Made by a program: the position numbers and the translations under genes
Part shown: one piece after another, positions 1 through 10,785 of the stretch
How positions within the stretch are numbered: position 1 is the first letter of the stretch
Layout: the number at the start of each line of letters is the position of its first letter
NCBI RefSeq assembly: GCF_048593235.1
Contig: NC_133619.1
Coordinates: 517,603,644-517,667,643, forward strand
DNA from: Sminthopsis crassicaudata
Taxonomy: Eukaryota
Direction: 5' to 3'
DNA: 64,000 bases
The notes under the pieces: model-generated
The model's database searches: none
Seen by the model: the letters and a program-made list of their open reading frames with translations, nothing else
Told to the model about the DNA's origin: nothing

Positions 1-411
1 CTATGCTATTACTGTAAGCAAAAGATGAAGTCACAACCCACAAGGAACTAAAGTTGAAAGGACAAAATTTATACCAAACATGAAACAGTAAGAGAATATT
101 AACAAAACAATATGAATTGGTACAAGCTAATAAATGGTTTTTGCAGATTAGGAAAATGCAAAGTTAAACCCAAGTGGGGCTTAACATAAAGATTTCTTAG
201 AGGAGATGAATTAACAGTAAGAATAAAAGCAAAAGAATAACTAAAGGAGGAAAATTCTTTCCTTTCAAATTCTGTTTGACAATCTCACAAAGTGTATGAA
301 CCTGTCCATTAAGACCAAGAGTAGTCATCAGAAGAACATTAAACTTCTCCCAAGAATTCAGCAAATATTTTCAAGTACCCATTTGCAACTTTCCAACTAC
401 CCACACATTAC

Positions 412-521
412 CTGAGACCATCAGGGAGACCTTCCTCTGTGTTAGAACCACAGGAGGCAGAAGCAGTTTCTTGAGAAGCAAGAGCAGAGGCCGAATCACT
501 GCTTAGCTCAGAAGCCATCAT
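412..521 (-). CDS. RNF214: RNF214 first coding exon (MMASELSSDSASALASQETASASCGSNTEEGLPDGL...); gene continues off the left edge
   Basis: Acceptor tgcag|AGAGCATGATGGCT (exon starts 526), donor CTCAG|gtaatg at 412/411. EGLPDGL matches the RNF214 N-terminus; 107 nt from the second ATG; syntenic head-to-head with PCSK7. Confidence 0.9.
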
Positions 522-2349
522 GCTCTCTGCATTCAGAAACAAATCCCAGGCTGCAAGTATCAAAGCATTGAAACAAATTTATCTCTCCCGTTCAGAATGT
601 TCACAAATTAATAAAATCTCAGAGAAAATGGAGGAAAGATGCCTTAATTCTAAAAGATACTTCTATTTCAGAATATTATTAGTCACTGGATCAATTACAG
701 TGAATACCTAATCTTAAGTAGTTGCCATATTTATATCAGAAATATAGGACTCTTTATAGTAATTTTATAAAAAACAGCAAAATGCATTACTAATTTAAAG
801 CAATGGTTCTCAAAATGTAGTCCCCTCCTGTCTAGTTTACTGGCCCAATCGCTTGTATTCAACATTGTTAATAATTAAAATCCAGTAGTTTTCAATCTGA
901 AGGAAATTATAGACTTATACATGTGTATCTTTATGTGCACATCTACATATCTACATATCACATCACAAATTACTTTGCAAACATATATTACATACATACA
1001 CCCTCCCATGCATATATAAAAGATTTAAGCTATATGGATGTGCAAATAATGTATGATTATTTTATCAAAAGTGGTTCCATCTTTTCATTAATTCCAGGGA
1101 GGTTTTTTTGTTTTGGGCGGATTTTTTTTTTTGGGGGGGGGAACAATGTCAAATAGCACAGTGTGGCATTTTAGACACTCACTAAGACTCCCCAATGACC
1201 ACAACAGTAGCAACGGCCACTGTATCATGAAAATAATAAATACACTTTTATGTAGCACCTACTACATGTCAGGCAACGGTGCTGTATTATTTAACAAATA
1301 ACCCAAATGAAAACGCACTAACACTACTTCCAGAGAGATGTGGGAACTACAGGCCGGAAAGACATTTAACTTTTCCTTCATCCCTCAGATTCCTCGTAGT
1401 CTCAGACAAAGATGGGAACAGAATACATGCAGGGTATAGGACAGAAGAGTTTTGGTCTGACAAAGGTGCTTGGGCCTCCCTGGTCCCTGATAAGAAAGGA
1501 TGATAATCATTACGTCTCTAAGGGTCGGAGGTCTATGTTCTCTCCTTGTCAATGTTTGCTCCCTGCCTCAGTTTCCCTTATTATACAAGTGAGAACATCA
1601 CCCCTTCCCGGGGAGCGCTTTGTGCAGCTCCTCGCCACAATCGAAAGGGTAACTCACCAGAGCAAAGATTATAGCTAGAAAAGAGACTGAGCATCCATAG
1701 ACAAAACAGTTGGGAGTGAGGCAAACCCGAGGACCCCTGAGCTGGTCCAGGAAGGCCCCAAGCCCAGGTAAACCAAACTGGGAGAGGAGGAAGGGAGAGG
1801 AAGGGGGAATTGACCCACCTGGGGGCCGGGGACCGGCCAGGGCCAGGTTTGCATGCCCCGCCCCTCCCCACCCTTCGGAATGTGTCCCCGAGGGGAGACG
1901 CTGCAGAAGTTGGGGTGCAGAGGGAAGGAGACAAAGGAGCCTGATGGAACACTGCGCACAGACTCAAGACTAATGGGAGTCTGCTCCCCCAGCCCCCCTT
2001 TGCTTCCCCACCCCCATCCCTACAGCCCGCTGCTCACGACGTGCAAGGCGGCCCCACCACCACCGCGGCCCCGGGCCGGGCCTTCCGCGGAGCGTCCATC
2101 CTGGTCCAGGCCTCCACCTCCCAGACTCGGCTTTCTCCCTGGCCCCCGGCCTGGGCCCCCTTCAGTCCCGATAGAACCCCTCCCGCCCTACCCGAGAGCC
2201 CCCTTCCCACTGTGTGCCCTCCCCCCGTCCAGCTTCCCACCGCGCGTTCTCTCCCAGAGCCGGCCGCGCGGCCAAGGAGACGGGGCAGGGTTGGGGTCGG
2301 GGGGGAGGGGAAAAGGTCTGGGTTCTAGAGCAGGGGGCTAGGGACGCAC

Positions 2350-2460
2350 CTGAGCGGGTGGAGCGCGCGACCGGGGGGGAGGGGGAGGGGGTCCCAAGGA
2401 AAGGGGAGGGGGAGGGGTCGGCAGCCGGGCCGCGCGCGGCACCTCCCACTTCCGGCGACG
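2350..2460 (-). other. RNF214: Probable RNF214 non-coding exon 1 (TSS approximate)
   Basis: ETS motif (ACTTCCGG on + at 2448-2455) and donor CTCAG|gtgcgt at 2350/2349 inside the CpG island. Confidence 0.6.
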
Positions 2461-2989
2461 GGGAGCGGAGGGGGCGAGACCCTGGGAGGAGAGGGGAAAA
2501 GAGAGGCCCGCCGGCTAGAAGAAAGCGCCGTGCCTCCCCAGACAGCGCCCCCTGCCGGCCACAGCCGGAAGCCTGGCGTACAACCTAGGGGCACTTAAAC
2601 CGTGCAGAATGGGGAGTCAGTCTCTCGCGCTGGAATTGAAATCCTCCTTTTTACAGGAGGCAACAAAGACGGGGAAAGGGAGGAGGAGAGGGGAGAAATC
2701 ATCATTTATATGGCGCCCGCTATGGCAGGCATTATATGTTACGCGCTTTTTAAAAAACAAATATCCTCTTATTTGATAATAAGATAATTTCTTCTTTAAG
2801 AAAAGGAAAAGAGAACCTAATAAAGGGAGGACTCAGGAGTGCCCGAGGAAACAGCGGAACTTTGTTCATGCTCGCTCCAGCTAGAGGAAAAACTAACTCC
2901 TCCCCACTCTCCGCTCACGCCTGCCCAGCCCCTTCTTCCCCGCCCCCTTCCGCGGGATCGAGGTGTGATTGGCTGGCCCCCGAAGCCGG

Positions 2990-3069
2990 AAGTGGCGATA
3001 CTGTCACCGGCTGCCCCGGCTCGCTGGAAGTCGGAGTTTCCGCAGCACCCACAGGCTGCTGCTGGACAG
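2990..3069 (+). other. PCSK7: Probable PCSK7 non-coding exon 1 (TSS approximate)
   Basis: Follows the ETS/CCAAT core; donor ACAG|gtaccg at 3069/3070; no ATG. Confidence 0.6.
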
Positions 3070-5108
3070 GTACCGCGGACCGGGAAGCTAAGGGCTGTAA
3101 GTGAGAGGTTCTGGGGCAGTCGAGGGGCCAGAGTAAGTGGAACACTAGGGACCCCGAGAAGGGAAGGCGGGGCGCGCGCACTCCGAGCGCTCGGAGCTCC
3201 TGAGGTGGGAGCGGCCAGGAGTGACAGAGCGTGGGATACCGCGTGGGTGGGGGAGGGGGCGGCGGGAGGCGCGCGCTGCCGCGGCCCTGGAGCACTGGTG
3301 CGTGTTCCGCGGGGGACAGAGGCAGGGGACCTCTGCACTTGTGTCCGCCTTTAAGCACTGGCGCTTCCTTTCCCCCTCAGAGGGTGAGGCTGCGCGGCTC
3401 CGGGAAAGGAAGTAAAGTGGGCTGGGATCTGTTTGCAGAGGATCCTGTTTCTCTCGCCCAAGTCCAGAGAGCAAAGGGCCAAGTTACCGCTGGTACCCTG
3501 ACCGTGAACCGCAGCGGCCTCTCCCACGTGACCTCGGGACTACCCCGCTTTTACTTGAAACTCCTCTGACATTGCTTAAACTCCTGTGTTCGCGTGACTT
3601 GGCGAAAATGAAACTGCGGAACTCTCGGCTACCTGGGCTCGGTATCCCTGGCACGCCCCCGCCTCGGGCTGCGTCCTCGCCCTGACCTCGCCAGGTCTTT
3701 GGAGTTCCTAGTTGTGTTTAGGAAGCCAAATGGGAACCAGTTCTGCCTCTCCTGCTCTCCCTGTCCCGTAACAGCCTGACAGTTACTGACCCTTTCTGTG
3801 CCGCTGCTTCTCTCACCTCAGCGGGATTGCTTAGTCTTCTAGCGCTCCTCCCTCCCCTCCCCCCCCACTGGGCTCTCACTTATAGGGAACTATCTCGGAG
3901 CTCTTCCAGTCACGCTCCTGGAATTCTTTGAAATCTGGAGATACAAAAAATCGAAAAAGCAGTCCCTGCCCTCTCTGTCTAATTGAGAGGGTCACACTTT
4001 AAAAGCTGAAAAGGTGGGGGAGGGTACCAGAGGACAAAGAGGCCCGGAAATCTAGTGGCACTATTATATAGACTTATATTATTGTTATTGCATAGACTAA
4101 GATGCTTCATTTTGGAACATCGGCATTTCTTCTGGATCTTTAAAAAAGTATTGAGAAGTGGAAAGGCTTGAAGGATATGGATGAGATGGCCGAAGAGGGT
4201 AGTCTTCATACTAGAGGCCAGTGAACTTGCTTTTGATTTCTTGTCAAATTCTAGAATACCTTAAAAAGGAAATATGTGGCCATTTGCAAAGGAAAGTGGC
4301 TAATCACTAAGAGCTTATATTTCATCAAAAATTAGTCATGACAAATTAAGTTCACTTTTTTTTTTTGGATAGAGTTACTAGACTAAACTGCCAAGCATTG
4401 CAGTTCTACTGCAGAGAGCACAATTCCTTTGGGCTGACCACATTGTTTGAATGCCAAATTTACGAGTGATTAAAAAAAAAAATTATGGAGAACTCACACA
4501 GGGCAAGTGCCACAGTGATCAGACAAAGTGATACAAAGATACTTTCAAAGTATTTCTTAAGAATTCTAGAATTGATTGTATGACATAGGAAACACTGGCA
4601 CAGGATGGCTCAGCATGGCGTGCACTCATCAGAAAAGGTGCCATGCCCAAAGAGCAAAGTAGAATTTAATTAGCCCAGAAGAAATGCCAGATGTGCAGAG
4701 TAAGAGGTTCCACCCCAAATGTTCACATGCACTACCTGTGGCAAAGCTCTTCAAGATCAGACACACTCACTACCTGATTCTAACATAGTGATGTCATTTT
4801 GGTTCTCTTCAAGAACAAAGGATAATAACCCACCTATCCTAAGGGAATGGTATGAGCATAGCATGCTTGGATTTCAGCATGATATTTGACAAAATCTTAC
4901 ATTCATCTTGTAGACAAGATAGAGAAATATGGGGTAGATGTTTGTATTGTTAGGTGGATTTGGAACTGATTGAATGACTAGATCCAAATTCCATGAATAG
5001 ATCAGAGTCTACTTGGAGGGAGAGATCAGCATGTGCTGCAAGTGTCTGATCTTGGCCCACTACTCTTTAACATTTTTAGCAATGACTTGGATGAAAGTGT
5101 GCATGTCA

Positions 5109-5281
5109 TTTAACATGTATTGGACTACCTGCCATCTGGGGGAAGGGATGGGGAGAAGGAGGGGAAAAACTGGAACAAAAGGTTTTGCAATTGTCAATGC
5201 TGAAAAATTACCCATGCATATATCCGGTAAATAAAAAGCTATTTTTAAAAAATGAATAAAGTTAATGCAAAAAAAAAAAAA
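5109..5281 (+). mobile_element. 5'-truncated marsupial L1 3' end with poly(A) tail and 15-bp TSD
   Basis: G-rich L1 3'UTR, aataaaaagct, A-tail; TSD aaagtgtgcatgtca at 5094-5108 and 5282-5296. Confidence 0.85.
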
Positions 5282-5740
5282 AAAGTGTGCATGTCACACT
5301 TCTCAGATTTACTGTTGTTATGGAGAATAATTGACAACGGATGGCAGAGTTATCCAAAAAAGAACTAGATAGACTAAAATAATGGGTTATAAATAATTAA
5401 GAGGAAATTTAATTCAGTAAATGTAGAGTAGTGCGCTTGAGTTCAAAGAATTGATAATGCAAATAGAGGATAGGAGAGATGTCCCTATATACAGTTGTTC
5501 ATGTGAGGAGGATTGAGAGGTTTTAGTGGACCTGGAGTTGCATATGAAGAAAGTTAGATATTTACTATTTCTTTGTCACTTTAATGTTGTATGATAGCCC
5601 CCCCCCCAAAAAAAAAGTGTCTTTCTAGTTTGCATTAAGAAATATAGAGTAGTGACTGGAGAATAAGTCCCCTATATTCTACTCTAGTCAGACATCTGGC
5701 CTATGATGTTTAATTCTTGGAATCTTCTTTTAGCAAGAAC

Positions 5741-6390
5741 TGTAATGTTCTCTCTAAAATGTAACATTCTCTGTTGAGGTTTTCTTGGGAACTCTGGAGG
5801 CAGCCTTCGTTTCAGTTCAGTAATCACCACAACTGCAGCCAGGTATTAAAGTCCAAATCCTTTATTGCCTCTTTCCATGTCTTGTCTCCTTTCCTGGGGC
5901 CTGGTTAACTTGCTTATAGTCCAGATTCTTTATTATCTCCTTCCTGGGGCTGGGCAGCTTTCTGGAGAGCCTTTCAGTCTGGCCTTGGTCTTAGTGGGGG
6001 AAGTGCAGGACTCCAGACCAGCCACCAGGAAGATCGAAGATCGAATTGAATTTCTTCCCTCAGCTCTGAAAGCTTAAGCTCCTGCTGCCAGTCCTTTGCC
6101 TTCTCTCTGAATCTCCCTGGCTGAGGCTTCTAGCTTATATGCTCTACACTGAGTACAAACCAATCATTACATCACTAGGAAACCATTATTTGTTGTAGGA
6201 TTAAATCAGTGCTAAACTAGATATAACCATTGTCTCCTCAATTCCCCTCAGGACCTTATTTCAAGTTCTGGCCCATAACATCTCCTTGTAGGATTAAATC
6301 AATCATACTGAACTAATGCTAAATTAGATAACTGTTGTCTCTATCAATTCCACTGACTTAGTACCTTGTAAGAATTGTTTGTTTCAGAAG
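5741..6390 (-). mobile_element. Solo LTR-like element (marsupial ERV), one end eroded
   Basis: Begins TGT at 5741; minus-strand AATAAA (~5860) and TATA-like tract (~6135); internal duplicated tgtaggattaaatc...tcaattcc block; ggcccataaca motif. Confidence 0.55.
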
Positions 6391-7057
6391 AGGATGACTA
6401 AAAGGGGCTGAATAGATAGGATCAGTTGAAGAAAGTAGCTTCCCTAGACTGAAGAAAATTGAGGGGTATGATAGCTCTATTGAATATTACAAATTGCTCT
6501 CTATCATATGGAAGAAAAATTAGACTTGCTGTGCTTACTATCAACCCCCAATCAATTTTAGTTCTAAAGCAAAAGTGGAAACTGCAGAAATAACAGATTT
6601 CAGTCAAGATATGGAAAAAATAAGGGTTAAAGCTGGCCAAACACTGAACTGCCTGGGATAATGCTGACTTCTCTTTCTTATGAACTCTTCAAGGGGAGAA
6701 CGGGTGACATCTTGTCAGAAATGCTGTAGTGGGCATTCTCATCTGGTAGGGGTTGAGAAAACAGTTCTAAATCTCAGCTTCTTTCACCACCTGGTACCTG
6801 CATTGGTACCACTGGCTTTTTGTCACTTCTGGAAAAGGTTAAAGGAACCACATCAAAACATTTTCCAGAGCTTTCCATTGGCTCCTAAGAGAATAGAATG
6901 CTCTGGTGACCAGAATAATAAACAGGATTTTGAGTTGTGATTGTGGCCTGGCCTTACAGCACCAGTTGCTTCCCCAGTCTGGGTCTCATTTTAGCTCCCT
7001 GAAAATGAGCCAGCAGCCTTAAGAATGATTCTTACCTCTGCTTATCCCCGCCCCCAG

Positions 7058-7228
7058 GATTCAGGGAGGATACAGAAGATGCCATCTCTCCTGTTGTTGC
7101 CTACAGATATGCAGCCATAGTCCTGAATCTCCATTGCCCACAGAAAAAGTGATGCTGCTTCTGTTTAGGCACAAGATGAGCCTGATGTGGCCGACTTGCC
7201 TGGGAGTACAGCCCCACAAGGAGACCAG
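7058..7228 (+). other. PCSK7: Candidate PCSK7 non-coding exon 2 (171 nt, contains upstream ATGs)
   Basis: Acceptor ccccgcccccag|GAT, donor CCAG|gtggga; human PCSK7 has two 5' non-coding exons. Confidence 0.5.
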
Positions 7229-7741
7229 GTGGGAATGGATGGAAGAACAGGAACCATCATAATGATTCCCAATGGTTTAGCTGAGAGAATTGAATAGAAA
7301 CATGCTTTATTCCTTTTCTCTCTCCCCCTCCCCCCTCATCCCCAACATCCAAAAGAAGGAAAGGGCTAGGATGGATATTTGTCTCCTGGCTGATGAGAAC
7401 AACCTGTACTTTGTTTGTGCTTCAGATGGGGGAAATGGAGTGGGGAAAAATAGCAACATGCCTGCCAGAGGTATAGAAACTAGAGTAGTGGTCTCATGGG
7501 GATTTTCCCCATCTGCTAAGGAGAAATCACCCAACTCTTGTTGGATCTGACCTGACGCCCTTCCCCCACCCCACTCCTATACAAATCCTGTGGTATAAGT
7601 GTTTGTGACAGTAAAAGACCAAAAATCTTATCTATGTGAGAGGACATTGCTAGTCCACCACCACCTCTCTCCTCTCAACTGTTCTAGGCCCAGCTCTTCC
7701 CTTCTCTGATGCCTTTGTTCTGTCTGCAGCCCACCGCTCTG

Positions 7742-8227
7742 ATGCCGAAGGGGAGGCACAAAGTGCAACCATGGAGTGCTGTCCTGGAGCCCTCCCTGAG
7801 CCAGCCTGCCTGCCTCTGGCTGATAGGAACTGGCTTCTTCTTGTTGGTTCCCCTGGTCATGGCCCTAGAACTAACAGAGACAATTGGGCCTGAGGTCCAG
7901 AGTCCTAGGGGGCTGAGCTGGGCTGTGCTCCTGGACAGATTGGAGGGTGAGGGCAAGCAAGAGAGTGAGGAGCAACAGGCAGACACCCTGGCCCAGGCTG
8001 CAGGCCTGCTGAATGCCGGACGCATTGGGGAACTTCAGGGGCACTATCTCTTCATCCAGCCTCCTGGCAACCTTGGAGTCCAGCAAGAGGAGGTTGCCCG
8101 AAGACAGGCCGAGGCAGTGTTATCTGGGCACGAAGCTGTGCGCTGGCATTCAGAACAGCGGTTATTGAAGCGTGCCAAACGGAGCGTGCTCTTCAATGAC
8201 CCCAAGTACCCCCAACAATGGCATCTG
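7742..8227 (+). CDS. PCSK7: PCSK7 exon 3 (signal peptide + prodomain, MPKGRHKV...[19 protein letters not shown])
   Basis: Acceptor ctgcag|7730; donor CTG|gtgagt. Confidence 0.96.
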
Positions 8228-10734
8228 GTGAGTTTGGCCCTTTCCTACTGTGCACTTTGGATAGATACCCTCTAGGTATTTCCTAGGTTCTGGCTCTGTG
8301 TGAATGGACTCTTCTGCAGACTTCTAGATAAAGTAGTTTTTACATAATGTCCATTTGCCTACAGCCATAGAGGAGGGCCCAACATGGTTCTTGTGGTGCC
8401 GAGGACAAAGAAGAAAGAACAGGAGGAGGAACAAAGGGGCCAAGGCTAATCACATGGGGGGAGAGGGCAGGGAACAGACATGAAGTATATGAGAGAGTAC
8501 ATATAGAAGGCAGACATGTGGGACCAGATGGGTGAGTAGGGCTTGCAGAGGTCCCAAGCCCTGACTCCAATAAGATGATGGTAGTGTTGAGCTCTCTGTG
8601 ATTCCGTTCTTCTGCTTTTATTTGGAGGGTATTTTTTTTTTTTTGGGGGGGAGTGTAGAGTGCTGAGCTGAGGGGCTAGAGAAGAAAGAGCACTGTATTG
8701 TAAATAAAGTTAGCATAGTTTTTTGTTTGTTTTTTCTGGAATGGGGATTTCTTTCAAAATTTGCATAATGCACATTTAAAGCGAATTCTGTACCTTTAAA
8801 TAGCTGATAAAAGCATCACTGTTCTGTTGCTGTTTATCTCAAAGAAGTATTTCTGTGGCTTGGAACTAAACCTGTTCTTATGGAATAGAAAGAATTAAGA
8901 TCTTTTGGCATAGCTCTCCCTCTGCTCACCCCTTTTATCCAGCTCAATAGGGTAACACTAAACTTTTCAGGAAACTTGTTCGTTAGCAAAATCCACACTT
9001 GCTGTACCCTCTTTTTAGACTTTCTTGAGAGCTATTGATCCATATCCTTTCTCTGACTTTTGAGTTGGCATGGGGTGGCAGACTGGGGAGAATCTTCCCC
9101 TTCCCTTCATCTTTTCAATTCATCTACATCCACAATGAGCTTTCGAACATTGCTGTCTTATTACTGAATCCTTGTGCCTTAGAAACAGCCTCTCATGTAG
9201 CCTCTTCCCACAGAATAACCGGCGAATCCGTGGCAGAGACATCAACGTGACAGGTGTTTGGGAGCGTAATGTGACAGGACGAGGGGTGACAGTGGTGGTG
9301 GTGGACGATGGGGTGGAGCACACCATCCAGGACATTGAACCTAACTATGTGAGTATCCTGGGGTTTCATAGTTACCATATTTTATACTACATCATTTCCA
9401 CCTCACTTCTCCCAGAAGAATCCTTTCATCCCTTTACTCCTTAAAGATTCTTGGGACCTGGAATCATCATTCCCTTTCCCCAACTTGCTCTAGGGTCAAT
9501 TCCAACCATTATCAACACATTCTGGTCCCTGGTCCTCTCTGCTGCAGCAAGTAGGGAAAATCAGCATAAGCAGTTTCCCTGTCCCCAGGGCTGTATGGTA
9601 GGGAGAGTGTCCTCCTATGAAAACCTATTCTGTAAGTAGTTCCACCAATAACCAAAGGACACGTAGATCTTTTTCATTTTTCCATTTCAGGAAGGTAGGA
9701 ACTCATCTAGGAGAGAGGACCCTAGGATACCCCTCAAGAGCCCAAACTTAGTTGCATCTTCCTTGTTCCTATGCTCTAACCTTACCACAGAGTTCTCTCT
9801 GGCTAACAGTAACAGTGAAAGACTGTCCAATCCAAGCTCTGTACACTGCTGTGGAGAAAAGGAGCCCAAAAATGCAGGATGACCTTGTTAATCCAAAAGT
9901 AGATGGTGCCTTTCTTTCTCTTCTCTCTAAGCTGAGTGAAATATGCCTAGCCTCAAAGCTTTAGTGAGCTACCCTTTTGCCTGAAACCATTGGTTCACTA
10001 AAGTAATCCATTCCTCCACCCTTTACCCCAAACCAGGGAGTAACTTGTAACTTACACCCCTTTCCTTCCCCACTGTATTCTGTTTCAGAGCCCTGAAGGC
10101 AGCTATGACCTCAACTCTAACGACCCTGACCCCATGCCACACCCAGATGTGGAGAATGGCAATCATCATGGCACTCGATGTGCTGGCGAGATTGCTGCAG
10201 TGCCCAACAACAGCTTCTGTGCAGTGGGGGTGGCGTATGGGAGCAGAATTGCAGGTAGCATCATCGCTTCTCTCTCTAGCCTCCATATTTTCTGCATAAC
10301 TTTAGTTTTATCTTCCACTGCTTTGATTCCCTTATGACACTTAGAACAATCCAAATTGAAGCCAAATTCAATCTTAGCCCACCCAATACGATTCATTGGT
10401 TCCATCAAATGTAACTTTAGACAGAATTGGGAGAAGGGCGGAAAAAAGTTTGATAGGAACAATGTAAATAGGAGATATGTTTTCAGGGATTGGAGAGTGG
10501 CAGAGTTGGTGGGATAGCTGGAGAAAAAGAAGAGAGAAGAAGGCATGAGGGGAACCCCGTGGAACCAAATTGTGGTCATGCTGGCCTTAGGAGTGTGGGA
10601 GTTAAATGTAGTAGATAGGTTATAACCCTAGGCACAGAGGAGCAATTTGGGGAGGGAGAGCTGGAAGTAGTGGAGTAAATCCCAAGTCTTCAGGGAGGGG
10701 GAAAGGAGGGAGAGATCTTAACACAGCAGGAAGG

Positions 10735-10785
<51 letters not shown>

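Larger units (their letters stand above)
1800..3750. promoter_or_regulatory. CpG island / bidirectional RNF214-PCSK7 promoter
   Basis: High GC and CpG. Divergent CCGGAAGT ETS sites (2448-2455 on -, 2986-2993 on +), reverse CCAAT (ATTGG 2968-2972), GC boxes, E-box CACGTGAC 3525-3532. Confidence 0.85.
4790..6660 (+). mobile_element. Old L3/CR1 LINE fragment, interrupted by a younger L1 3' end and an LTR
   Basis: Degenerate CR1-type RT sequence (e.g. ctctttaacatttttagcaatgacttggatga) on both sides of the insertions. Confidence 0.6.

Noticed and set aside
1581-3569. Many overlapping ORFs at the RNF214/PCSK7 promoter
   Set aside because: GC-island artefacts in all six frames; no homology recognised
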